Source: a virus. Taken from it: 40,854 bases of DNA. Position numbers and translations under genes: made by a program. Location: the IMG/VR virus record IMGVR_UViG_3300045988_109268; one strand, 5' to 3'. Numbering within the stretch: the first letter of the stretch is position 1; each line of letters begins with the position of its first letter. A model generated the notes under the pieces. It had not been told where the DNA came from, did not search any database, and saw nothing but the letters and a program-made list of their open reading frames with translations. Below are positions 31,821 through 39,262 of this stretch, piece by piece.

Positions 31821-33229
31821 TGCTCCAGCCCCTTCATTTCCGCGTCCGACACCGCGTATCCGGCCGATTCCAGTACCTCGTAGTAGGCGTTCAACATCTT
31901 GGGGTCGCACTGGTAGGCCTCACGGTCCCACGTGTCCGCGTCTATCGCGCCCTCCCTGCGGGCCAGCAGGAGCAGCAGAAGCTCCACGCCCCGACGGGAG
32001 GGGACCGACTGGCGGCGGCGCAGCTCCAGGGCGTTCTCCGCCACGTTGAGCGTGTACACGCCATGCTCCGGGTCCTTGTCCACTACCGGCAACGGTCTGG
32101 CGAACAGGGAGTACGCCTTGACCACGCGGGTCCACCCGTTCGAGTCCAGGCGCGTGCCTCTCATCGAATCGCCGGCACCCATCAGCTCCAACAGGGTCAG
32201 GCGTTCCGTCATGTCGCGCAGCGCGTCCGCCTTCAACACGGGAATGGTTGTTCGGATCCATTCGCAGCGCAGTTCGGCCGACGCCTGGGCGAGCTCCCTG
32301 ACCTTGTGGCGGCGCTCCCGTTCCATCCGGCGTTTCGCTTCGGCCTTCCCGTCTTCCCTCTCCTCGGCTGTCTTCTTCGCCGGCGTGTAGGCCACGACGC
32401 TTCCCTCGTCGTCGAAGATGCGGATGACCGCGCCGGGGTGCTTCCCCTCGGCCTGCCAGTCCTTCCACTGCTTGGAGAACGGGCCGGGATAATCCTGGGT
32501 GAAACGCCGCTGCCTCTCGTAGCCTGTCGGGTTCGCCCACATGTCCTCCGGTTTGAGGTTGTCGGGCAGCATGGGCAGATTGTTGGATTCGGCCCACAGG
32601 CGCGCGGCCTGCACCCATTCGCGCCGGTCGCGCTCACGGCGCAGCAGGTTGCGCTGCCATTCGAAATCATTGGAACCGGCCTTGGCGGCGAGCCTGGCCT
32701 GCGCCTTCTCGTCGCCGTCGAACTCCGCGATGTCCTCCAACTCCCTCAACGACAGTTGTGCGAACGAGGGCGACGCCTCGCGCACCGATCGGGGGATGGA
32801 CGCTATTCTCAGCCGGCCGCGCACCAGTCTCATGCTGCGCCCGGTGCGTTCGGCCATCTCCTTGACCTTCACGCCCAAGTCCAGGAGCCCCTGATAGCCG
32901 TCGGCCTCCTCCAACGGGGTCAGGTCCACGCGCTGCGTGTTCTCCACAAGCATCAGCTCGCGTTCCTCGCGCGGCGTAAGCTCCTCGATACGGCACGGCA
33001 CCATGTCCCGGCCGGCGAGCCTGGCGGCCGCGAGCCTGCGATGCCCGATGACCACGCGATACTGCGGCACGCCGTCCCTGTCGCCGGCCGGGGTGACCAG
33101 CAGCTCCTGTTTGATGCCCTGCGCCCTGATGCTGTCCGCCAGCCCCCTTACGTCGCCCACGTCCCTGCGCGGGTTATGAGGGTTCGGCATCAATTGCGAT
33201 ACCGGAATGTCCACGATGGTGATGGCCAT
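31817..33229 (-). CDS. ParB-like nuclease (ParB/Srx) domain protein, 470 aa
   Basis: ATG 33229 is preceded by AAGGAGA. The N-terminal ParB box is LMPNPHNPRR...VIGHRRLAAARLAG. The C-terminal region is long and of unknown function. Confidence 0.8.
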   Translation of the reverse strand: MAITIVDIPVSQLMPNPHNPRRDVGDVRGLADSIRAQGIKQELLVTPAGDRDGVPQYRVVIGHRRLAAARLAGRDMVPCRIEELTPREERELMLVENTQRVDLTPLEEADGYQGLLDLGVKVKEMAERTGRSMRLVRGRLRIASIPRSVREASPSFAQLSLRELEDIAEFDGDEKAQARLAAKAGSNDFEWQRNLLRRERDRREWVQAARLWAESNNLPMLPDNLKPEDMWANPTGYERQRRFTQDYPGPFSKQWKDWQAEGKHPGAVIRIFDDEGSVVAYTPAKKTAEEREDGKAEAKRRMERERRHKVRELAQASAELRCEWIRTTIPVLKADALRDMTERLTLLELMGAGDSMRGTRLDSNGWTRVVKAYSLFARPLPVVDKDPEHGVYTLNVAENALELRRRQSVPSRRGVELLLLLLARREGAIDADTWDREAYQCDPKMLNAYYEVLESAGYAVSDAEMKGLEQ

Positions 33230-33244
33230 GATATTTCTCCTTGC

Positions 33245-33826
33245 CTAGAATTCGGGGTCCGCGTCGAAACCGTCGGACGGTGGCGCCGGTTGCCGCGAGG
33301 CCCACGGGTCCGGTTCCTGCGACTGCTGTTGCTGGTTGAACGGGTCGTTGGCGGCTGGTTGCGGCGCGGCCTGCTGCCAGCCCGACTGTTGCGGATTGCC
33401 GTACGCGGAGCCACCCGAATACGACTGCTGACCCTGTTGGTTGTTTTGGAAGCCGTTGGGCTTGAACTGCTTGGCCACTGCCGCGACCGCGTAACGCAGG
33501 CTCGGGCCTATCTCGTCCACCTGCAGTTCCACGATCGTGCGGTTCGACCCGTCCTGCGCCTGGTAGGAGCGCTGTTGCAGACGGCCCGTCACGATCACGC
33601 GCACGCCCTTCTTCAACGATTGGGCGATGTGGCCGGCCATGTCGCGCCATGCGCTGCAGCGCATGAACAGGGCCTGACCGTCCTCGTACTGGTTCGTCTG
33701 ACGGTTCCACACGCGCGGCGTGGAAGCAACCGTGAAATTCGCGACCGTCGCCCCGGTGCCGATCGTGCGGATTTCCGGGTCTGCCGTCAGGTTGCCCACA
33801 ATGGTGAGCGTCGTCTCTCCGGCCAT
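33245..33826 (-). CDS. ssb: Single-stranded DNA-binding protein
   Basis: OB-fold N-terminus (LTIVGNLTADPEIR...), a Gln/Gly/Pro-rich linker and an acidic tip DGFDADPEF. Confidence 0.9.
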   Translation of the reverse strand: MAGETTLTIVGNLTADPEIRTIGTGATVANFTVASTPRVWNRQTNQYEDGQALFMRCSAWRDMAGHIAQSLKKGVRVIVTGRLQQRSYQAQDGSNRTIVELQVDEIGPSLRYAVAAVAKQFKPNGFQNNQQGQQSYSGGSAYGNPQQSGWQQAAPQPAANDPFNQQQQSQEPDPWASRQPAPPSDGFDADPEF

Positions 33827-34056
33827 CACCTACTCCTTCTGAAATGTTTCTTGTCTGCGTATTCCACGACCGCCGAGACCCTGCGCGACGGCCGGTCGAC
33901 CGTGATGACACCCGGCTTCGGCACCAGATAGATGCGGGGGTTACGCATGTCCGTGTTCAAATCAGCCAGACGCTCATAGAATTCCTCTATGAGCTCGCCG
34001 GGCGGCATGCGCATCCCCTCGTCCGTTATGGGCGCGGTCAACGTTGCCGTGCCCAT
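33826..34056 (-). CDS. Hypothetical protein (76 aa)
   Basis: ATG 34056 has GGAG upstream. Confidence 0.5.
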   Translation of the reverse strand: MGTATLTAPITDEGMRMPPGELIEEFYERLADLNTDMRNPRIYLVPKPGVITVDRPSRRVSAVVEYADKKHFRRSR

Positions 34057-34193
34057 AACGGCGTCTCCGGCGTTAACGTGAGCCCGGCCTCGTGGATGCT
34101 CAGTCCGATGAGGCTCGCCAGCGACTGCCGGGTGGGATATGGGGTCAGGATGTCAAGGTTGGTGAGCAGCCGGTCCGCGACCGCAAGCCACAT
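34038..34193 (-). CDS. Hypothetical protein (about 51 aa), start uncertain
   Basis: It is in frame with track ORF 34038..34253. ATG 34193 is chosen because the upstream gene ends at 34207. The SD is weak. Confidence 0.3.
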   Translation of the reverse strand: MWLAVADRLLTNLDILTPYPTRQSLASLIGLSIHEAGLTLTPETPLWARQR

Positions 34194-34206
34194 GTCGTTC
34201 GGCACG

Positions 34207-34422
34207 TCAGGCGTAGAGGCGCTGCTTGCGCGTCTGCTTGTTGATGCGGTCAAAACGGGCCACCTCCTCGACCTCGAAGCCCAGCACCTGCATGGTGTCG
34301 GGGTCGGTGACCGGCGTCGGCCCCCAGCCTCGCGTGAGCTTGTTCTGGATGGTCTTCTTCGCCTTCCCGTAGTGTTCGGCGAGTTGTTCCACCGTCATCA
34401 GGTTTGGTATCGGCGCACTCAT
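34207..34422 (-). CDS. Excisionase-family / MerR-type HTH protein, first gene of the long early operon
   Basis: 71 aa. LMTVEQLAEHYGKAKKTIQNKLTRGWGP resembles Xis-type HTH proteins. The SD is GAAAGGA. Confidence 0.6.
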   Translation of the reverse strand: MSAPIPNLMTVEQLAEHYGKAKKTIQNKLTRGWGPTPVTDPDTMQVLGFEVEEVARFDRINKQTRKQRLYA

Positions 34423-34453
34423 TGGGGTATCCTTTCTAGTGGAGTTTCTTTCC

Positions 34454-34484
34454 GCCCCAGTAGCCGCTGGGGCTTTTCTTTTTT
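34454..34484 (+). terminator. Orphan plus-strand intrinsic-terminator-like hairpin
   Basis: GCCCCAG-TAGCCG-CTGGGGC is followed by TTTTCTTTTTT on the + strand only. No + strand gene lies upstream. Confidence 0.4.
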
Positions 34485-34714
34485 GCGTAACCTTGCGGTC
34501 GTGGACGGCGATGGAATCGCACCATCTCCCGGCCGTGCCGGGGGCAACTTGCAGCCGCCCTTATGGCGGACGACGGAAGAACAGGAAAAACGTCGTCCAC
34601 CGGCCCAAGAAAACCGACACCGTATCTGTCAGTTGTTTTTTTTCAGTTATCAACGAGGGTTATTCGGTTTTCCTTCCGCTTGGCCGGCCGGTTTTCTACG
34701 CCGTCCGGCAAGAC

Positions 34715-34957
34715 TTATTCGATGCCCGCCTCGCTCAACACCAGTGCGATCAGTCTGAGTGGAACGAACCCGAAGCCCATGAGCGCGGCCAAACCGTTGC
34801 CGATGGGATGCGCGCAACCCGCATGGCTTAGAATCCAGCCGACGCAGAAGGCGAGCACGACGGCGCAAACCACTAGCCCGCGCATGAATCTGCGTGACGG
34901 GCCACCATCGGCCTTCCGGTAGCCACCCGCGTGGTGGCCATACTCTTTGGCGTTCAT
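34715..34957 (-). CDS. Small membrane protein (80 aa, two TM helices)
   Basis: ATG 34957. Helices GLVVCAVVLAFCVGWIL and LAALMGFGFVPLRLIALVL. Confidence 0.55.
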   Translation of the reverse strand: MNAKEYGHHAGGYRKADGGPSRRFMRGLVVCAVVLAFCVGWILSHAGCAHPIGNGLAALMGFGFVPLRLIALVLSEAGIE

Positions 34958-35038
34958 GTTTTTCTCTTTCCGTATAAGGTCCCTCCGCCGGTAGGCTTGG
35001 AACTGCGACATTCAAAAACACAGCCAACGGAGGGAAGA

Positions 35039-35548
35039 ATGATGGATTTAGATACTGTGATGCAGGGAGCAAAGACCCTGGAGGAAATTGGGGCGATTGT
35101 GGCCGCGGCAGGAAAGGGGGCAAAAGGAATAAGAGACGGTTCGGAAGATTTTCGCGCGGCGTTTGAAAAGTCTCACGAGGAGACCGAGAAGATTGCTGGC
35201 GAACTTCGTGACTCCATCGCCCAGCTTGAGGCAGATGACACTCCCACGACGGTGTTCCCAGCAACGGTGAAGACCGGCGACCAACAGGCGGATGCCAAGA
35301 TTGAAGAGATACAGGCCGCTTTTGAGCAGCGGATGCAAGATCAGAGAAACCTGCTTCTGGAGCGATTGAGAGACTCCCTGCATCTCATTCAGGATCTGAA
35401 TGAGATTTCCGCAAACAATCTCCAGATTATTGGGAGAGTCAATGATTCCTGTGCGTCCATATTGGGGATCGTCACCAGACAGAATGAGATCCTGAAGTCG
35501 CATAATGCAGCCCTCGAGACGATTTCGAATGCCCTGAGGAGTCTTTGA
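35039..35548 (+). CDS. All-helical coiled-coil protein of unknown function (169 aa), oriented like the lysogeny genes
   Basis: ATG 35039 is preceded by GGAGGGAAGA. It is followed by a strong terminator and is embedded antisense within the leftward early region. Confidence 0.65.
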   Translation: MMDLDTVMQGAKTLEEIGAIVAAAGKGAKGIRDGSEDFRAAFEKSHEETEKIAGELRDSIAQLEADDTPTTVFPATVKTGDQQADAKIEEIQAAFEQRMQDQRNLLLERLRDSLHLIQDLNEISANNLQIIGRVNDSCASILGIVTRQNEILKSHNAALETISNALRSL

Positions 35549-35599
35549 GTCAAGTGACGCGGTCCCGGCGAGAATGTCACCGCTGGTGATTTCCCCATG

Positions 35600-35630
35600 C
35601 CCCTGCGCTTGCACCGCAGGGGTTTTCTTG
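35600..35630 (+). terminator. Intrinsic terminator of the coiled-coil gene
   Basis: CCCCTGCG-CTTGCAC-CGCAGGGG is followed by TTTTCTTG. Confidence 0.75.
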
Positions 35631-35637
35631 TCCTTCA

Positions 35638-36144
35638 TCACTCCGCGTCCTTTCCGATGATTCGTTCCAACTGCGCGGCCTGTCGTTTGGCTTTGAGCCT
35701 CATCGCCTTCCGCTGAAGGCACAAGCGGTTCCACTTGTCCTTGGTCTCTATGGGGTTGCCGCCGCGTGCGATTTTGAGGCATTCCGGGCATTGGAGGAAT
35801 GCCTCGCCGTCGCTTTTCCCGACCTTCGGGACGCAATGGCATGACGGGCATTCCTCCAACGGTTCCGCGATGATCTTCAACGCTTCCTCGACCTGCTGGT
35901 CCCACCGTTCGATGGCCTGCCGTTCGTCGGACGGCGAGAGCGGGTTGCCGCCGTAGTACCCGTATCCGCATTCCCCGCAACGGCAGCCCCAGCGTTCGAA
36001 GTCGTATCCGTATCCGCCTGACGTCCACGAATCCATCACCGCCTCGGCATGGCCGTTGCATAACGGACAGGGCAACGGTGTCGGCATCGGCCCCTCGGCC
36101 TGTCCGGACTGGCATGCCTGACGATTGTGCTTCCACCACACCAT
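35638..36144 (-). CDS. Tandem double Lar-like (restriction-alleviation family) zinc-ribbon protein
   Basis: Two units are visible: CPLCNG...CRCGECG...AIERWDQQ and CPSCH...CPECL...KDKWNRL. ATG 36144 is preceded by AAGGAGGTGG. Confidence 0.5.
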   Translation of the reverse strand: MVWWKHNRQACQSGQAEGPMPTPLPCPLCNGHAEAVMDSWTSGGYGYDFERWGCRCGECGYGYYGGNPLSPSDERQAIERWDQQVEEALKIIAEPLEECPSCHCVPKVGKSDGEAFLQCPECLKIARGGNPIETKDKWNRLCLQRKAMRLKAKRQAAQLERIIGKDAE

Positions 36145-36395
36145 CACGCCACCTCCTTGCCAGCGAGCGCTATGAATGAGTCAGGGAGCATTGTCATCGG
36201 TTCAACACGCAGACAATCCGCATAAACGGCAATCTGACCAATGGAAATGGAGGCTTTCCCGCTGAGCTGTCGACGAAGGGTCACATAGGGTGTCCCTGAT
36301 TGGTCGGAAAGCCACTTAACGGAGCGCTTTGCGGCTTCCAGCGCGGCTGCGATTTTATTTGCCACCTGTTTTGTGGTGCTTTCTTGATTAACCAT
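36144..36395 (-). CDS. Cro-like HTH regulator
   Basis: HTH region VKWLSDQSGTPYVTLRRQLSG. It is divergent from the repressor. The ATG 36395 start lies inside the operator palindrome. The track start TTG 36431 has no SD. Confidence 0.6.
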   Translation of the reverse strand: MVNQESTTKQVANKIAAALEAAKRSVKWLSDQSGTPYVTLRRQLSGKASISIGQIAVYADCLRVEPMTMLPDSFIALAGKEVA

Positions 36396-36404
36396 ATGGT
36401 TAAT
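36387..36404. promoter_or_regulatory. Operator O1: perfect 18-bp palindrome ATTAACCATATGGTTAAT
   Basis: Read directly. It overlaps the Cro-like start codon and a predicted -10 element. Confidence 0.6.
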
Positions 36405-36439
36405 GTAAGCACCATTTGGATAGTTAGTCAAGTTAGTTT

Positions 36440-36457
36440 TTAATCTATATGGTTAAT
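36440..36457. promoter_or_regulatory. Operator O2: imperfect copy TTAATCTATATGGTTAAT
   Basis: The right half is identical to O1 and the left half matches 5/9. It overlaps the ATG at 36449 of the repressor ORF. Confidence 0.5.
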
Positions 36458-36844
36458 TTCCTTCCCGATATGTGTTATTCTTTATCCATGACCGAATATG
36501 GAGATCAATTTGCCGAAGCCATCGCAGAAGAGCTTCGAGCCCAAAAAGCCCGCATGGGAAAAACCAACGATGACATCGCAGAAGAAGTCGGACTGAGTCC
36601 CGTCACCGTTCTTCGCTATCTAAAAGGACAAAGACAAATTCCCATCGATGTGTTTGGAGATCTATGCAAAGCGCTCGGAGCAAACGCCGCCGACATAACC
36701 CGCATCGCCTACGAGAAAGCGCAAACGGCATCGCGGATAGCGGAGACAAAACGTCTGGCACACAAGAGCGATGTCAGCCTTGCGGCTTACGGAGCAGAGG
36801 GAAAGGACTATTACATGAACCACGATGGAGAAGCATCGGCATGA
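36449..36844 (+). CDS. XRE-family repressor (CI-like / ImmR-like)
   Basis: HTH region GKTNDDIAEEVGLSPVTVLRYLKGQRQIP. The start is 36449 or 36488. It is ATGA-coupled to the ImmA-like gene. Confidence 0.8.
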   Translation: MVNFLPDMCYSLSMTEYGDQFAEAIAEELRAQKARMGKTNDDIAEEVGLSPVTVLRYLKGQRQIPIDVFGDLCKALGANAADITRIAYEKAQTASRIAETKRLAHKSDVSLAAYGAEGKDYYMNHDGEASA

Positions 36845-37287
36845 AACGCCTTATTCCGTTCGACACGCACATGAACTATGGCCCCATGCGCATGGCGATT
36901 TATTCGAGCGGAATAGATGTCACCGTAGAAAGCGACATCTTAGACAATATGTGGGGTTGCTACTCAGAAGCAAACCGCGTCATTCTCATAGACAGAAGAC
37001 TTACATACACCGCAAAAAAATGCGTGCTCATACACGAACTCGTCCATTGGCTGCACGCCGACTACCAATGCGGAATGCACGAGCAACGTACCAGATTGGA
37101 GGCAGCGCGGCTCCTAGTAGATTCGCAAAAATACCGTCAAGCAGAACAAACATACGGAGGAGCGCCTTGGCTCATAGCCTCGGAGCTCGACCTGACCATA
37201 CAAACCATCACCGATTATCAGCAATGCCTACATGACTTTGCAGTAATCACGCCTGAGAGGAGGTGTCTGATTGGAACACAAGCATGA
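36841..37287 (+). CDS. ImmA/IrrE-family zinc metallopeptidase
   Basis: HEXXH motif (IHELVHWLH) in a protein of about 148 aa, directly downstream of the XRE repressor. Confidence 0.8.
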   Translation: MKRLIPFDTHMNYGPMRMAIYSSGIDVTVESDILDNMWGCYSEANRVILIDRRLTYTAKKCVLIHELVHWLHADYQCGMHEQRTRLEAARLLVDSQKYRQAEQTYGGAPWLIASELDLTIQTITDYQQCLHDFAVITPERRCLIGTQA

Positions 37288-38248
37288 TGGAGTAATAAGG
37301 GCTGCCGTTCCCGTCGTTGGACAGTTTCTTTTCGACTCGGGCCAGCGCGTTCTGACCGGCGTGGCGCACCAGCTCTCCATAGACCATCTTCCGCGCGTCG
37401 AACTCAAACAGAGCCGCTCCGTCGTGGAAGATGCCGACATGAGGTTTGGCGTAGGAGCCCTTAGGCGTTGGAATCATGTCCAGGGACACCTCGATGTCAA
37501 TGAAGCCCCTGCCGGACAACAGACTGTCCGCCATCGCGTTCGGTTTATAATCGCTGGCTTTAATGGAATCAACATCGTCCACGCTGTCCCATTTTCCGGC
37601 ACCAATCATGGACGCTATGATCCGTTCGCTACGGCTTCTTCGTGTGGAGGGTGCGAGAGCCTTGATCGATTTGATGGTCGGTTCGTACCATTCATGCCAG
37701 ACGCAGCTGATGGTGCGTGCGTGGACGTCATCAAGATAGGCGCAGAGCCTGTCATTCGGAATCACGCCGAACGGTGCGCCGTTGTAGGAAAGCACATAGC
37801 CGTTGCCGTTACCGCCTCCGAGGACATAGCCGAGATCCCTGTTTCCATGGAAAGGCACGTTCATCCTGCGTCGAATGATTTCAGCGGTGAATATCCTGTC
37901 TCGCGGAATATTCGCCACAACCGGCTCGTTGTAGTTGTAGACGAGGTATTCGACTGTTCCGGCAACATGGGACTCAGCTGGAGCGGGAATCGTGTCCGGC
38001 GATTTTCTTTGCACCGTGGACCCGTCAACTGGAGTGCGAGAGACGGCTGGATCACCTCCTCTCTTGTCGAAGCGATGTTTATATGCGAACATGCCGATAA
38101 AGATGAAGAACGCTGTGAAGATGAGCATAGGCCAAGCGCCGACAAAAACGAACAGCGCGCAGAACGCGCCCGCCGTATAGCACAGAACGGACAGAACTGT
38201 CATTATGACAGATTGCGCTGTGGTCTTCTTCGTCCCATGTTTACCCAT
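37247..38248 (-). CDS. Membrane-anchored protein of unknown function (333 aa)
   Basis: Two N-terminal TM helices (VIMTVLSVLCYTAGAFCALFVFV and MLIFTAFFIFIGMFAY) precede a domain of about 270 aa. It converges on the ImmA-like gene and overlaps it by 41 nt. A TAGAAT lies 6 nt upstream of the ATG. Confidence 0.7.
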   Translation of the reverse strand: MGKHGTKKTTAQSVIMTVLSVLCYTAGAFCALFVFVGAWPMLIFTAFFIFIGMFAYKHRFDKRGGDPAVSRTPVDGSTVQRKSPDTIPAPAESHVAGTVEYLVYNYNEPVVANIPRDRIFTAEIIRRRMNVPFHGNRDLGYVLGGGNGNGYVLSYNGAPFGVIPNDRLCAYLDDVHARTISCVWHEWYEPTIKSIKALAPSTRRSRSERIIASMIGAGKWDSVDDVDSIKASDYKPNAMADSLLSGRGFIDIEVSLDMIPTPKGSYAKPHVGIFHDGAALFEFDARKMVYGELVRHAGQNALARVEKKLSNDGNGSPYYSIMLVFQSDTSSQA

Positions 38249-38291
38249 ACCTTGATTCTACGAGCCGGGGAGACGTATGCGTTAATCGCTT

Positions 38292-38334
38292 AGATAAAAA
38301 TATTGCCCTGCCGGCGTTGCAGCGCCAACAGGGC
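38292..38334 (-). terminator. Intrinsic terminator (second of two) after the hicAB-orf162 operon
   Basis: The minus strand has an imperfect GC hairpin GCCCTG..GGCGC-TGCAA-CGCCGGCAGGGC followed by AATATTTTTAT. Confidence 0.55.
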
Positions 38335-38355
38335 GGTTGAAGAATCCAGCTAGTT

Positions 38356-38400
38356 CAAGAAAGGAGGACGCTTCGCCCACTATCCTACACGGGGCGAAGC
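38356..38400 (-). terminator. Hairpin/terminator candidate directly after orf162
   Basis: GCTTCGCCC...GGGCGAAGC forms a 9-bp stem with a 13-nt loop, followed on the minus strand by GTCCTCCTTTCTTG. Confidence 0.4.
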
Positions 38401-38419
38401 CATACCCGAAATGTCAGAT

Positions 38420-38908
38420 TTACCCAAATACAGGAGGGGTGACAGGCTTGGGAACGCAGAACAATCGTTCCGCAGCATGCTCATCGTCTCCGTCAAGAGT
38501 CACGCGCCACGAATAATTCCCCGGCGCGAGTGCGAGTCCGTTGGAGAAATCCAGTGTTCCGAGACTGACCGCACCGATATGGTTCCTTTGGTCGAGGGGG
38601 AGTCCAGCAAGGCCCGCATCAATCGTCATGATGTTCGCGATACGCAAGGATTGGGGCATCGGACCGGCAACCTCGACGACGTCTCCCTTCTCGTCACGCA
38701 GGGAGTATTCGACGGCCACCTCGCACGGGCATATATCCGCCGGCACGTGTATCTCCGTGAACACGGTGAATCGCGGCGTCATGCCATTGGGCGTGAGGGG
38801 GAAGATATTGGCACCGGAGCCAAGAACATTCCCCATACCGGAACCGTCCACGGCGGCGAAATTGGCGAGCTGCACGATAATCGACGCGCGTTCAGAAACC
38901 TCACTCAT
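38420..38908 (-). CDS. Unknown protein (162 aa), third gene of the hicAB operon
   Basis: The ATG lies 3 nt after the hicB stop. The sequence is beta-rich and carries no motif I recognise. Confidence 0.65.
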   Translation of the reverse strand: MSEVSERASIIVQLANFAAVDGSGMGNVLGSGANIFPLTPNGMTPRFTVFTEIHVPADICPCEVAVEYSLRDEKGDVVEVAGPMPQSLRIANIMTIDAGLAGLPLDQRNHIGAVSLGTLDFSNGLALAPGNYSWRVTLDGDDEHAAERLFCVPKPVTPPVFG

Positions 38909-38911
38909 ATG

Positions 38912-39262
38912 TCAGGCCACCATTCTGCGTTCTTCGATGCCCTGGTTGGCGGTGGTGGACACGTTGACCGGTTCGAAATACTCGCCTTTGCCGCCGTTCT
39001 TCATCAGCTCCGGGGTGGGAAACACGAAGATGGTGTTGTTCGGAACAACTTCAGTCCCGTTGTCCAAAAATTCACGAATGGTGGTGGGCTCGTTGTCATC
39101 GAAAAAGAACGGTATATCCTCGCGTGCGAGCTTGCGGGTTTCGGCGAACGTGTCGCCGGCGGCGGAGAATCCCGGCATGTCATCGGATTCGGCCCACCAT
39201 ACGCCGTCTTCCCTGTGATAGGTGATGTTCACCTGTCGTGTATCCATGTTGCGCCTCTTCAT
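38912..39262 (-). CDS. hicB: HicB-family antitoxin-like protein with a non-standard C-terminal region
   Basis: The N-terminal domain ITYHREDGVWWAESDDMPGFSAAGDTFAETRKLARE matches the HicB/UPF0150 pattern. It is ATGA-coupled to hicA. Confidence 0.7.
   Translation of the reverse strand: MKRRNMDTRQVNITYHREDGVWWAESDDMPGFSAAGDTFAETRKLAREDIPFFFDDNEPTTIREFLDNGTEVVPNNTIFVFPTPELMKNGGKGEYFEPVNVSTTANQGIEERRMVA

Noticed and set aside
34454-34484. This hairpin as the terminator of the small membrane-protein gene, or as a terminator in front of the Xis/HTH gene on the minus strand.
   Set aside because: The T-run is on the plus strand only. On the minus strand the stem is followed by GGAAAGAAAC, so it cannot act as an intrinsic terminator in the direction of early transcription.
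38359-38367. A strong SD-like AAAGGAGGA on the plus strand, suggesting a hidden plus-strand gene.
   Set aside because: No start codon lies within a usable distance. The sequence is the complement of the T-rich tail of a minus-strand terminator candidate.
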